Shown here: piece after piece, positions 13,926 through 27,890 of the stretch
Position numbering within the stretch: position 1 is the stretch's first letter
How the letters are laid out: the number at the start of each line of letters is the position of its first letter
Assembly (NCBI GenBank): GCA_024137785.1
Contig: JAHRHZ010000222.1
Location: 30,036,838 to 30,100,837, forward strand
Origin: Ginglymostoma cirratum
Lineage: Eukaryota
Length of the DNA stretch: 64,000 nt
Direction: 5' to 3'
Made by a program: the position numbers and the translations under genes
The notes under the pieces: model-generated
Told to the model about the DNA's origin: nothing
The model's database searches: none
Seen by the model: the letters and a program-made list of their open reading frames with translations, nothing else

Positions 13926-16900
13926 GTGTTGATGTCTTGAAATAGAGCACATCAAAACTGGCCTTCAGTATCTGAAGCTGATGAAAAGGGAAGGGATGGA
14001 TTTGGAGTTGGCAGAATGTTAGATGGTCATGTGGGGGGAATACTTGCTTCTGCCCCTCAGTGAACACAAGTCCATATTAGGTTTACTTTAGCAGTTACTA
14101 GTACCAATTGAATACACTTCCAGTCCAGATTTCCTGCCCTTCCTCCACTAGTTATCCAGTCTGACTGGAGTGGGTGAAAAATGTATTGGAAATGTTTTGT
14201 TCTGGGACCCTTCCATACTTTTGTCTATGCAATTTTCAATCAGAAATTGTAAGGAGCTCCTGCACGTTCACCCATCTGATGCTTTAACTCTGTTGCAACA
14301 TCACGCCTAAAACAGGTATTTCCTGCAACTTGAGTTCAGTTGTAAAGGTGCTGTCAAGTTCTGCGTCACTGTTTACATCATGAATTGGCAAATGTTTATA
14401 GTTGAGCCATTGAACTTTGTTGCCATTCTTGGCCTCTTCAAGTTTTATTTGAATTGTTGCTACTTAGCTAGTTTGGACAGAGTTAGCCATTGGACTTTTG
14501 CCATCAGAGGAGTCCGGTGCAGAATATGCTTCTATCAGCCAGAAAACAGAAAGATGGAGAGAAATGCCAGATGCCTGCATAAGAAGCAAGTGTAAACTAC
14601 TTGACATTATTCTTCAGGCCATATCTGTCCCACCTGACCCTAACTTTAAGGAAACTGCTTCCTTATGAAACCATGTAAAATTTCATGAGGCCTGTTGAAA
14701 GAGCAGAGAGGTCATCATTGAGGATGGAGGACTTGTAAATTCATTAGAGACAGCATGATTTCATACGAACCTGCACTTCATGAATTCTCAGCAAGAACTT
14801 AATCTTGAAAAGACAAAAGAGTGTCACAGCAACATGAAGAGTAGTCACCGACATTCTCAGCATAGCATTAGAAGCAGTGCTGCCAGAGATGGATAGGATG
14901 AGAGAAGTCTATATCAAATTACTAAGCATAGGCATTGGAAAGCAATCACTAAGAAAATGCATGAAAGTGCTTGTTTGACTTTTCTATGCAATATGGGATA
15001 GTTTGATCAATGAAGCTGGTTTGGAATGTTTGATTTTTAGTGTCTTTTATTTCAGCCTTGCAACCAAATGGACTCAGTGCGGTCAGTAACAATGGGATAG
15101 TATGGTGATCGGAGGCTTCTTTCTGCATCGCTGAAAATCTTGTTGTCTCTCAAATGTTAAAGATGCACCTTTTTCTCCTTCTCTCAATATAATTTTTCTG
15201 AGAAATAGCCATCAATTCATTTAAATAACCTTTGAACTACTCTCATCTGTAAAGACAGAGTTTGCTTTTTTAAAAAATTTAGAATAAGTCTAACTGAATT
15301 CCATGAGTAATGCTACGCTGAAATGGGCCAAGTCTTTTTAGCATTACTTTTGTTTGCAGAACATTTTTAGAGCAGGCTGTAGTTATATTAATCTTTGCAT
15401 TGCTGACGATGATAGCGCAAAGGTATAATTTCCCCTGTTCAAAATGGGAGAAATGTTAAATATTGCATCAGAATTTATCATCCATAACAAACTTGCAGGA
15501 ATGCATAGGTCTTGGAACATCTGATTCCTTAGAACACTAACTGTATTTAAAAAAATCTACCAGTCATTCTAATGCAGCTGTAACAATGATCCTTTAATGC
15601 TTTCAAAGCTCCTATCCGGCCACTTAAACTGTATAAATGTCCCAACGTTTATTAATCTAGCTCTGGTGCATACAGGTTCTGGATCTAAATGGCTCAATAC
15701 AAATAAAGAAGAGCCTAGTTTACTACAAAAGCCTAATGTATGCTCACTCGCTACCTGTTTTTCTGATGTTCCTCATTAAAAATTGTTCAAAATGCTATAA
15801 TTTAGTATTATTCTGTTATGGTATTTGTGGGCCATCTAAATCCTTGATAAAATAAGGAGGAATAAAGCCGAGATTTCCTATCAGCTCTTTTTATTTAGAC
15901 CTAATTGACCCAGCTCAGCATCATAGCGTTCCAATTGTTTAGACATCAGTGTACCTACTCCTTGCTCTTTATGATACTGGCATCCCTGTCTATCCTTACA
16001 ATATCAATTGAGAGAATACTCTTATGTGACAGGACCCATCACCAACTCAAAATGCCTATTAGCGGAGAACTTTAATTAATTTGAAATATGAGAAGAGATC
16101 AGACGACTCAACACAAATGACCATAAAACAATGGTATGAATTTTTCATTTAAAACAAAGACAAAATAAACTGAACTCCCAGAGATTGGAGATTCCTTTAA
16201 ATATTTAAATTAATTTTTTTTATTATTTTGCAATTAATTTAAATGATATCATTGTTTAATATAACATGGTACTAAAGGTTTAATGAGAGAAATAACAATG
16301 TAATTTCACTTTGTGAACTATGATAGAGTATATAAAAATTCTGTCTTGGTTAGGCTATAGGTTAATATTGTACTCAAGCATGACTGACGTGATTGAATAA
16401 TGTTCTTTTATTTAGGGAAGAATCTATTGGTTTCAGGTAGGGATTCTTGTAAATTTATACAAACATGACATGAAACAGTGGGTAAAATGTGCCTTCCACT
16501 TTCATTCTATCTGCCGTATTCCTGCTAGCCATGGTCAGAATACTGTCTTTGTATTTTATGATTCCCAAGCCAGACCACCAGCTTTATGTTATGATATGGT
16601 TAGGGACCATTAACCATTATTTTTAAAGAATTCAGAAGTGAGATGCAGGGGGCTTACTAAAAGAATAAAACCACAAGATTTCACAGTTTTGAACAATATT
16701 TTGTTGTACTAGTCAGAAGAGCAGTACAATCTATAAAGCACATTCAACTTACGTCTAACACCCAGAATTACCATATGGTAAACACCAGTAATAGTCTGTG
16801 ATCAAACACCCAATCGTTCACATCAAATAGCAAATATAATCCAGACTGGTTGCACCAATTTTTTGGTAACTCCTCAGATGTTAATGATGTGGTGTGTTAT

Positions 16901-19900
16901 CAAATCTTGTTAAACTTCACAAGTGATGACAATTCTTCATGTTGCTGATCTAGCCTTGTAACTCCTTTGGAATAGCTGTTCTGTTATGGACTGCCTCTAT
17001 GACTGATCCAGCTTTGGGAGGTTTCCTGCACTTCAAAATTGTACTTCAGTACTTAATCACAAGCAAAACTCTAGCACTTCACAGACAGGTAACTTCATCA
17101 AGCTAAAAGCTGCCCCTGTGGGTTTCCCAAGCTCTAATCTTCATCAGTTGTATTAAAAAAATACTGCTTGTAGTTTTCAATCCCACTCTCACAACAGCAC
17201 TGCAATATAATGCCCACAGGCATTTTCTGAGCTCCTCACAGCTTCCATAATGCAGAACCACTGACCCTTCAGACTTTTGCAGCTCCCCAGTACTTCCTCT
17301 GAGTCTTGTGTCCAACTTTTTGTTGTTTACTAATTCCTAGAACCTCTCTCTGAGTTCCTTTATAGCCCAAAACCATTCAATTGCTCTAGACTCATTCCCT
17401 GCAGGACAGCTAAAAATCAGCACAACTAACATGGAATCTGATTCTCTCACTGACTCTTCCTCCGACTCGCTTTTTCTGACTGTTCTGAGTGATTTCTTTT
17501 TAAGCCCTGCCACTAATGCATAGAATTGAATATTGTCATCCAACAGCTCTGGAGCACTCTGTGCCCCAACACAGTAATCTGGCTTTCAGCCCAAGGAATG
17601 TTCACCAAAAGAAGGATTCCTCACATGCCTTTAAAATTTATAGAAATGAAGTAACTGATTCTATCATTCCAATCCTTCCTCTCAACCTCATATGATGGAT
17701 AAACATCTGACCAGACATATTATACTGGAGTGGAGCTACAGATCTATGTTGGTTGAAACATTCCGTTAACACAGTGAGTAATTCTAACTTCGGGAGCCTG
17801 GAGAAATCTGATGGTTGCAGATCAACAACCTATCATGCATCCTAACTGAAGTTCAGTGGAAAGTGTAATGGTTTGGGTCTTATGGGTAGCTAATCCACAG
17901 TTGTCAGTTTTTCACTCTAGTTGGCTGCTTGCAGCAAATGCTTAAGATACATGTTCCTTGCTTTAATGACTTTTCTTATCCTTCCCCATAATGAAGGTGA
18001 CTCTAACCAAATATGACGCTCAAAACATTTCTTCCTGGAATGTATTGTTATTTCAGAATAATTTATTTTATCAGTTAATTTAAAATCTACTATTGCTCTT
18101 GGGGTGGTTAATACTCTATCAGAAAGTTTCCATTTGTGGGCAAATAATGTCTGAGCTAAATGGTAGGTTGGAGCACTTCAATTGGTCCAGAGATATTCTG
18201 CAAGCAATATCATCTTGGATATGATTGGCAGCCATGCTGCTAGATTCTCATACATCCCCCAGTTGTTTTGACAGTATTTCTTCTATTATGTATGGGTCTA
18301 TTCCTGATACTGTATTTTTCTCTGCTCACCACTGGGTATTGGAGTGGAGACACATTTATCTGCACTGTATGGGTGACTGACTATGTCTCTATGATGCAGG
18401 CTTGTCTTTGTTACAGCTTCCTAAAAACTCAATAAAATGTTATTTACAATCAGAAAAAAAAATAAATTGAACCTTGTAATTGCAGTTTTCAGAGACATTA
18501 GATTTAGAGTTTTTATTGCATCTATTTTCTCTTTCACACTTACCTTACCTACAGCTGAAGTACATGACAGCCATTCCACTAACTACATCAGTTGGTCTGG
18601 GCTGCTAATTAAAGTGACTTTACACCATTTGACTGCAATTGATTCAGGCCAGTTCAAACATTTGTAAAAGGTCTCACTATGAAAACATATGAATTACATG
18701 CAAGTTTACATATAGGAAAATCATTTATAATGCAGAGATATAAGTTCATATTGATTTTCCAGCCCACCATCTGAGTCCATTGTTTTTGTTATGTAAATAT
18801 TGTCATGGTTATAGGTCTTTTCTCCACTGATGCTAAAACACTCGTTACAGAATCAAATCCGATATGAAGTGGACGTTTTATGTGTCAGATATGACAAAAC
18901 CGGATATTAGACAAGGTCAACTCTTGAATCTTGATTATGCATTTTCAATCCCTCGAGCTATGAGAAATTGATTCAAACACCTTGTTTAACTTGTTTTCTT
19001 ACCCATTTGTGACAAGTAACAACATCTTACATCGAAGAACATGTCATTTTAATAAATTGCCAGTTAGGAAGTAGAAATTAAATAATTTAATAAATGAACC
19101 TAAAAGATGAGAAGTAAATAATGCCACCAGTGGTTTCTGTGGTTCTACTGATTATTCTGTCACACAGAGCGTAGTAGATCCCCAAGTGTGTTGTCATTAA
19201 TCAACAGAACCAATCGGCTAACTAATTTAGGCAATATTCTTTACCACAGGACATGAATGTCAACAGACACACATTAAAATAGCATTAGATCAATACCAGA
19301 CATCAGGTATCCACTGTCTCCCGTATTGTGGGGTCTACCATTAGTGCATCACATAATCCTATAGGGTTAGTTACATTTTTGCCAATTGGATTGCATTATG
19401 AACTGCATAATTATTTTTATATAAAATTTACATTTTTGTTAAAGGGTTGTACCAAAAATATCTTAACATGGCTAATTAGTATAGCAACACTTGATTTTGA
19501 ATAGTGTCTAACAAAATATTTTATTGAAGTTATCCATCACAGTCAAACTAGCATATTTACTTGAGAATGTGGAATGTTTCTAAAATGTTTTGGCTCATTA
19601 CAAAACATCGTAAAACAAATTATTAAGTACCTGTGAAGCTCTAGCACACATGCAAGGAGAATGGTCTTGTAATGCAGTATTTTAATTGTTTGTCTTCCCT
19701 GCATTGCTCAAAGAAATTCACTGACAAAACAAGATAAGCACAAATGCAGTTCCCTCTGGAACCTCTTGTGATGTTTTGCTGTGCTAAAGAAAAGTTGTAT
19801 AGCTGCAAACAGACTGGGAATACACTCTAAGGTCACACTAGCTATTGTTCTTACTAACTCACGAAAACCGGTAAAATACTTCTTCTTAGAGATATGCCTC

Positions 19901-22559
19901 AGTGATCCCTTAACTAATATAATGCAGCTTTCTCCAGGTCCAGGGGAACTGTTTAATAGAAGATGATTGTAATAGCAAAATTTGTAATAACAAAGCTCAA
20001 CTGTAGCATTAAATAGACTGCTGTTCTTGGTTCCAGCTATCAAAATGATGGACCTTTCTGAATAACACACTTCTAAATTTCAGATTCAATTTAGTAGTTT
20101 TATATTGTCTGTAATATTAGCTTCAAAAATGTAGCTCATATATATTAGAAACACCTAATAAATATATTTTGTTTTAACTCTAAAGCTGCTCCTTTTGATG
20201 AAAACACATGAACTAGATATAGGGAGCATAAAATAAATGGAATAGATTGCTACAGATGTAAGTGCTTAGGTTTGGAAATGTTTACAGAGTAATGGAGACT
20301 GGAAATGTCTATAGCTGGATTGAGGTTCTGAGAATAAACTGGAAGTGGCCACTGACAGCATTTCAACCTGGAATTTGAGATTACCTCCATCAGGAAAAAA
20401 GCTTTTGTACCAAACACTTAAGATGTGGACTAAAAACAAAATTTGCATTTGAAATAAGAGTAAATACACATCACATGTTTGTAATGAATATCTGAAATGT
20501 GATTGCTTTGCAACTCCTGAAATAAAATAATCCAGCAGAAGGACGAGATTTGGATCAAACCTGCTCTAATTGAACAATTTTATGCCAACTTCTCATCCTT
20601 TACAAAGTTTGTGTTACTGCATTTGAATTGAGCAGTTCCTTTTAAAATTCATGCTGCTCATAACACGGGAGTAAAATTGTCTCTGCATTTATCCAGGGTC
20701 CCATATTGGTGAATGGCTGCACTGAGCCATGGAACCATATCAACAATTTTTCTGTTTGCTTTTATGTACAAACATCTACTACCTAGACTTTAACATTCTG
20801 TTCAAGAGGTGTATATTGTATTGATATGCATCAGCTGTTTATTACTTGATTTTTGTAGTGGCAGTATCAGAAAATAGATCCATTCAATGTTTGGAGGCGA
20901 TATCTTTCCACCAGATCTCTACACGTATAAAATGTGCATGACCTTATTTTACCCACAAAACGGCAGTGGTAATACACAAAGAGTAATTAATTGAGTATGA
21001 ATTGCTAAAAACACCTGAAAGCAAAAAAGATGCCACATAAATACATTTTTCTTTCATTTTCACACGATCATGGGGAAATCATGCATATTGGGATCATGTC
21101 ATTATATATTTGGATATTTTAAACCAAGTGTGAAGCTGAAGCATGAAGATAATCAGTTTGACTATTGTGCATTGTATGAAACATGAATTGTCAGATGCGA
21201 AACGCAAATTTAAACTGCCCAATCAAAGAGAAGCATAATTGCTGCTGACAGTTTGGAGATTTTAAATCTGTTTGTGAAGTCCTTTCCTGCCAGGTAAAGC
21301 TGCTTTAAGGTACAGCTGCTAACTAACTACATCATCACTCAACTTCAACAATAATAAACCAAAGAGCTTGGAGACAGATCTTGGCAAGTCGCAAACAGAA
21401 TGAAAGCTAAAAAGTTAGTGATAGTAAGAAGTTGGCAGAGAGGACAGAGGTGGTTTCTCATGTCAACTCAAAAGCTGTTGCAAAAACCGGGAAATTGAGG
21501 TAACAATCTAGGTTGAACATATTGATTAATTACTTTCTTTGTGTTTAGTACCTTGGTGATTATTGTTAAATTTGTGTAAATAATTTAAGTTTTGATTAGC
21601 TCAGAAATGGAAAAATAACTATGTACTTCATACCTAGTTAATAGCAATTATATCATTAACCAACTTATTTGAAGAGTAGAACATTCCCCTCCCTGAATGG
21701 ATGAGAATAATGGTGAGTGTGATGAGTTAATCAGAAGAAAGCACAAAAATCTGATTCTTGCCATTGAGATAAATGTTCATAATGAAGTGCTCTATCAGTG
21801 AGTGGCTAGATCACTTTCTCACTAACAGGTGGGAAGAACTCTATATACATCTATTTGCATCTCATTAATTACCCCACTTGTGGGAATTAACCATCTCCTT
21901 AACAATTAACTTCTGCCCAATCAAGACACTTGATGCTTCACAAATTCAGCTGTGCAAACTAATCTGGTGTCTGCCTCCAGACTGGATCAGTATACAGTTT
22001 TACTGCCTCAACCAATCCCCTCACAAAGTTCCATTTGTTCACTTTCGCTGGAACTGTAGGTGCCTCAATGCCTCACTCAGTGATTTAAATTAAACTTTCA
22101 ATTTTTTTTTGATCATGTAGATCGAACTTTAAGTGAAGACTTCCTTTATTGTCAGGCTTGAAAGTAATCTGGCACTGGTACATGCCTCCAACTCTTGGTT
22201 GTAAGGAGCTATCTTCTCAACAACACAGCATTACAGAATCACATCGAGCATGTGCTGCTCAGGACCATGGTCTGCTGTGACCCAAATTTCTGTAGGGGCA
22301 TAACCAGGAGTTTCAGAGTGTGAAGGATGCTCAGAGTGAAACATCCCTTTTGCAAAGAGTGTGGATTTTCTCTTCTTGTACTCACAGATCTTCCATACTT
22401 GCAAGTTGGGCAAGTATGGCAGAGGTCAGTCCATCAGTACTTGCGATCCAACTACAGCAAAGGAACCACCTCAGAAGACACCAGAGCCAACTCCGTCTGC
22501 AACATCAACAACAGTGGCTGCCATACGCAGTGCAGCGGGGGAAGTGACAGAGGAAGAGA

Positions 22560-23250
22560 GTTCTTACACAGAACAGGTTCCACAGGCTTACAGATAGCGA
22601 TCTGCAAATGAGCAAGAATTAGTGTGGAAGACAACTTTGGATCTCCTGAGCCATCATGCTGTTGCTATGCTGGACAAGGACCTGTAGTCTCAGGACTGAG
22701 TGGAAATTGCACCACAGCGGCCCTAGTGGTAACAGCTGGCCTTCATTTCTTTGCCAATGGATTGTTTCAGGGAGCTGCTGGGGAGCTCTGTGGCATTTCA
22801 TTGTCCTCCACTCGTGTCTCCGTCAAAATGTCACTGGTGCTGACTTCACAACAGCCCATAATTCACCCCTTCTCCCCATTGATGTGGAGACTTGGGCAGC
22901 AAAGGCATTAGTATTCTCAGCCGTCACTTGTTTCCCATGGGTGCATGGTACAATCAATTGCAATCATAATGCCCTATTATAAACCAGCCTTCATGATTAG
23001 AAAAGGATTCCACCCTCATAATATTCAAATTATTTGTAACCACAACAGCCAGATGATGCAGGGTCACTACTTGATTTCCAGGAAACTGCCATGACTTGTG
23101 CACCTTCGACCATTCAGGATGCCAACCTCTCTCAAAGCCCCTCAGCCCATTAAGAATACAATGAGTCTTCACTGTAGCCATGCAATGCCTGAGCATCCTC
23201 ACTGGCAACATGACCAGGACTACAGATACAAGATGTGGATCAGTTTCCTG
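22560..23250 (+). pseudogene. Harbinger (HARBI1-like DDE) transposase fossil, frameshifted
   Basis: Motifs in the expected order across frames: VTAGLHFFANGLFQGAAGELCGIS, FSAVTCFPWVHGTINCNH (compare GFP.VQGAIDCTH), RKGFHPHNIQIICNH (compare NRKGFHSINVQLVCDH), FPGNCHD. Confidence 0.8.
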
Positions 23251-24225
23251 CATTCAGCTCCATTATGATGGTAAATTGTTGTGTGAGTTGTCTATTTCCC
23301 ACCTCACGCTCTTAATGTTGTAGAATGGCTTCAAAAACCTCATACATGACACAGGATATTTCCTCCTGGAGTCCGTAGGCAAATTCTGCCATTGCTTATA
23401 CGGGGTGGGTGTACAGGACCTACAGTTGGATATTCCAGACACTCGGTCCTTTGCCTCCAGCTGTTCTCCTTGCCCCTTTAGGGCCAACATTTCATTTCAC
23501 CCTGGTCTGCTACACTCCCCCTGTGGAGGTCACATTGGTATCAATGCCACTGACTCCTACCCTCCTGTAGACTACAATACCCTCCAGTCTTGTTCTGCCC
23601 CCGGCATCGTCCTTGTCTCCACCTCAACATTTGCCTCTTCTTTCATTCCCCAGCCTTGTCTCTCCCACTCCCTTTGCGCAATGAGTTCCCACCCGCTACC
23701 TCTCCAACTCCCCTCAATGTCAACGCAAGTATCCTCAGGACTGTGTTTGTGCCAGACCTCTGACTGACTTCGACAAGCAGTCCCTAGATAAGAGTGAACA
23801 GACCCCTGCCCACTCTCCTTGCAGCTCCCTGACTGATGATACATGATTCTCCTGACTGCTTGTGATGGCCCTACAGGACTGACCGCTGCCCATTTCCCAG
23901 ACTGTAGTTGGACATATCGCCTGATTATGCTGAGCTTGAGAAGTGACTGACCATAGCCTAGCCCCTGGACTGTGGTGGATGGTAATCCTGACTAATGGGA
24001 TCAAGGGCCCCTGACCAGCAACCAAGCAACTGGCTGCTGTAGTTATGAGATTGACATCTAGGTGTGCCACAGAGCAAGATGTCCCCTCTGAAGGTTTCTA
24101 GTGACACAAAGCCTGTCTGTGTTTCTGTGTAGAAGAGCACGTCAGTATAGCAGGACTGGGAGCCCTTTATGCTGTGGCTAAAATACCAATGTGCTAACAG
24201 GTATGGAATGGCAAGGCAAGGCAGA

Positions 24226-24401
24226 GATAGTAAGTTTGCAGTTGACCCCAAAATTGATGATGAGTGGGCAGTGAAGAAGGTTAGCTCAGAGCACAATGGG
24301 ACCTTGATAAAATGGGTTGATGGACTGAATAATGGCAGATGGAGTTTAATTTAGATAAATGTGAGGTGCTGCATTTTGGAAAGGGAAAGGCAAAGGCAGG
24401 A
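24226..24401 (+). mobile_element. CR1 LINE RT, left part, interrupted by a younger LINE
   Basis: SKFAVDPKI (FADDTK-like) followed by WQMEFNLDKCEVLHFGK. Confidence 0.85.
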
Positions 24402-27160
24402 AGGTAATAACATTATGGTATTATTGTTAGGCTATTATTCAGAGACCCAGATAATGTTCTGGGGACCCAGGTTCAAATCCCGCCACAGCAGATGGTGGAA
24501 TTTGAATTCAATAAAACAAACCTTGGTTAAGAATCTACTGATGACCACAAAACCACTGTCAATTGTCAGTAAAACCCATCTGGTTCACTAATGTCCTTCA
24601 GGGAAGGAAATTTGCTACCCCTAACCTACTCTGGCCTACATGTGACTCCAGACCCACAGCAATGTTGTTGACTCTCAATTGCCCTCTGAAATGGCCTAGC
24701 AAGCCATTCAGTTGTGCCAATCACTACAAAGTCTTGAAGAAATGAAACCTGACAGATCATCACGCATTGACTTAGATGTCGGAAAAGACAACAGTCTTAC
24801 CGAAACAGTCCAGTCAATCCTGCAAAGTCCTCTTCACTAACATCTGGGGGCTAGTGCCAAAAATGGGAGAGCTGTCTCACAGACACAGACTAGTCAAGCA
24901 ATAGCTTGACATAGTCATACCCACGGAATCATACCTTACAGACAATGTCCCAGACACCACTATCACCATCTTTGGATATGTTCTGTCTCAGTGGCAGGAC
25001 AGACCCAGCAGAGGTGGCGGCGCTGTGGTATACAGTCACAAGGGTGTTGCTCTGAGATTCCTCAATATTGACTCTGGACCCCATGAAGTCTCATGGCTTC
25101 ACATTAAACATAGGCAAGGAAACCTCCTGCTAATTACCACAAACCATCCTCCCTCAGCCGATCAATCCGTAGTTGTCCACATTGAACAACACTTACAGGA
25201 AGCACCGAGAATGGCAAGGGCACAAAATGTACTCTAGATGGGGAATTTCAATGTCCATCAACAAGTCTGGATCAGCAGCAGTACTACTGATCGAGCTGGT
25301 CAGTTCCGAAAAGACATAGCTGCTAGACTGGGTCTGCGGCAGGTGCTGAGGGAACTGACAAGAGGGAAAAACATACTTGACCTCATCCTTACTAATCTGC
25401 CAGCTGCAGTGGCATCTGTCCATCACAGTATGGGTAAGAGTGAACATTGCACAGTCCTTGTGGGGATGAAGTCCCGCCTTCACATTGAGAGCAACTTCCA
25501 TCATGTTGTGTAGCACTATCACCGTGCTAAATGGGGCAGGCTTCAAACAGATCTAGCAACTCAAGACAGGGCATCAATGAGGCCAATTCGATTCACTCCA
25601 TGTGATATCGAGAAACTGTTGGAGGTGCTGTACATTGCAAAGGCTACGGGCCCTGACAATATTCCGGCAATATTACTTAAGACTTGTGCTCCAGAATTTG
25701 CCGCTATCCTAGCCAAACTGTTCCAGTACAGTTCAACACTGGCATCTACTCAACAATCTGGAAATTGCCTATGTCCTGTACATAAAAAGTCAGGACAAAT
25801 CCAACCTGGCCAATTACTGCCCCATCAGTCTACTCTCGATCATCAGTAAAGTGATGGAAGGTGTCATCAACATTTGTATCAAGCAGCACCTCCTCAGAAA
25901 TAACCTGCTCAGTGATACCCAGTTTGGGCTCTGCCAGCGCCTGACCTCATTACAGCCTTGGTGGACAAAAGAGCTAAATTCCAGAGGTGAGGTGAGACTG
26001 ACAGCCCTTGACATTGAGGCTACATTTGACCAGGTGTGGCATCATGGAACCCAATAAAATTGGAATCAATGGGTATCAGGAGGGAAAGCTGTCTGGTTAT
26101 ATTCTTAACTGACACAAAGGAAGATGATTGTGGTTGTGGTTGTTGGAGGTCAGCCATCTCAGCTCCAGGACATCTCTGCAGGAATTCCTCAGGGTAGTGT
26201 CCTAGACCCAACCATCTTCAGCTGCTTCATCAAAGACCTTCCTTCCATCATAAGGTCAGAAGTGGGGATGTTCACTGATGATTGTACAAATGTTCAGCAC
26301 CATTCGTGACTCCCCAGACACTGAAGCAACCCATGTTCAAATGTAACAAGATCTGGACAATATCCAGGCTTGGGCTGACAAATGGCATGTAACATTCAAG
26401 CCACACAAATGCCAGGCTATGACCATCACCAAGAAAAGATAATCTAACCACTGCCCCTTGACATTTAATTGTGTTACCATCTCTGAATTCCACCACTATC
26501 ACTATTCCTGGAAGATATCATTGATCAGAAACTCAACTGGACTCACCACATAAATTCAATGGCTACTGTGGAGGTCACAGTAGAGGTGTGAGGTTAGGAA
26601 TACTGCAGTGAGTAACTCACCTCCTGAATCCCCAAAGCCTGTCCACCATCTACAAGGCACAAGTCAGGAGTGTGATGGAATACTCCCAACTTGCCTGGAT
26701 GAGTGCAGCTCCAACAACACTCAACAAGCTTACAAAGCAACCTGCTTCATTGGCATTGCATCCATTCCCTCCACCACCGACACTCAGTAGCAGCAGGGTA
26801 TACTATCCATAAGATGCACTGCAGAAATTTACCAAAGATCCTCAGACAGCATCTTTCAAACTCATGACCACTTCCATCTGAAGGACAAGAGCACCAGATA
26901 TATAGGAACACCATTATCTTCAAGTTCCCCTCTGAGCCGCTCACCACCCTGACTTGGAAATATATTACCGTTCCTTCACTGCCACTGGGTGAAAATCCTG
27001 GAATTCCATCCTTAATGGCATCGTGGGTCAACCCACAGCAGGACAACTGCAGCGGTTCAAGGAGGCAGCTCACCACCACCTTGTCAAGGTCAACGGGAGA
27101 TGGGCAAGAAATGCTGGCCAACTAGCGACACCCACATCCCATATAAAGAATAAATAAATA
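24402..27160 (+). mobile_element. Near full-length, decayed CR1/Jockey-group LINE: tRNA-like head, APE endonuclease, RT and 3' UTR with (AATA)n tail
   Basis: B-box GGTTCAAATCC at 24470-24480. The EN starts at about 24824 (TNIWGL, TESYL, GNFNVH, NILDLILTN). RT motifs include ALDIEATFDQVWH, GIPQGSVLDP and MFTDD. There is an apparent internal deletion near 25580 and many stops and frameshifts. Confidence 0.9.
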
Positions 27161-27890
27161 AAGGACTTATTTGCTTAACAGTCTTCCTGAGACTTTGGAG
27201 TCCAGGTTCATAGTTCTTTGAAAGTGCTGTCGCTGGTAGAAAGGGTAGTAAAGAAGGTATCTGGTCTGCTTGCCTGTATTGTTCGGTGCACTGAATATAG
27301 AAATTGGAGGTCATGTTGCAGCTGTACCAAACATCGGTTAGGTCACTTTTAGAATACTGTACTCAATTCTGGTCTTCCTGCTATAGAAAGGATGTTGTGA
27401 AACTTGAAAGGATTCAGAAAAGATTTACAAGGATGTTGCCAGGGTTGGAGGGTTTAGGCTATAGGGAGAAGCTGAATAGGCTGGGGCTATTTTCCCTGGA
27501 GCATTAGAGGCTGAGGGATGACCTTATAGAAGTTTATAAGATCATAAGGGGCATGGATAGGGAGAATGGCCAAGGTCTTTTCCCCAGGTAGGGGGAGACC
27601 AAAACTAGAAGGCATAGGATTAAGATGAAAGGTGAAAGATTTGAAAGGGATCTGAGGGGCAACTTTTTCATGCAGGGGGTGGCGTTTATATGGAATGAGC
27701 TGCCAGAGGAAGTGGTGAAGGCTTGTACAATTACAACATGTAAAAGTTATCTGGATGGGTATGTGAATAGGAAGGGTTTAAACAGATATGGACTAAATGC
27801 TGGCAAATGGGACTACATTAATTAGGGATATCTTGTTGGCATCGACGAGTTGGACCAAAGGGTCTGTTTCCATGCTTTATGTCTCTATGC
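27161..27890 (+). mobile_element. CR1 LINE RT C-terminus and 3' UTR, right part
   Basis: EVMLQLYQTSVRSLLEYCTQFWS...LERIQKRFTRMLPGLEGL...WNELPEEVV, then a CR1 tail. It continues the fragment ending at 24401. Confidence 0.9.

Noticed and set aside
16585-17690. Possible old solo LTR starting tgttatgat
   Set aside because: No clear right terminus or TSD; too decayed to call.
24402-24490. tRNA gene
   Set aside because: Only a B-box and a degenerate A-box, with no cloverleaf; it is a retroposon head.
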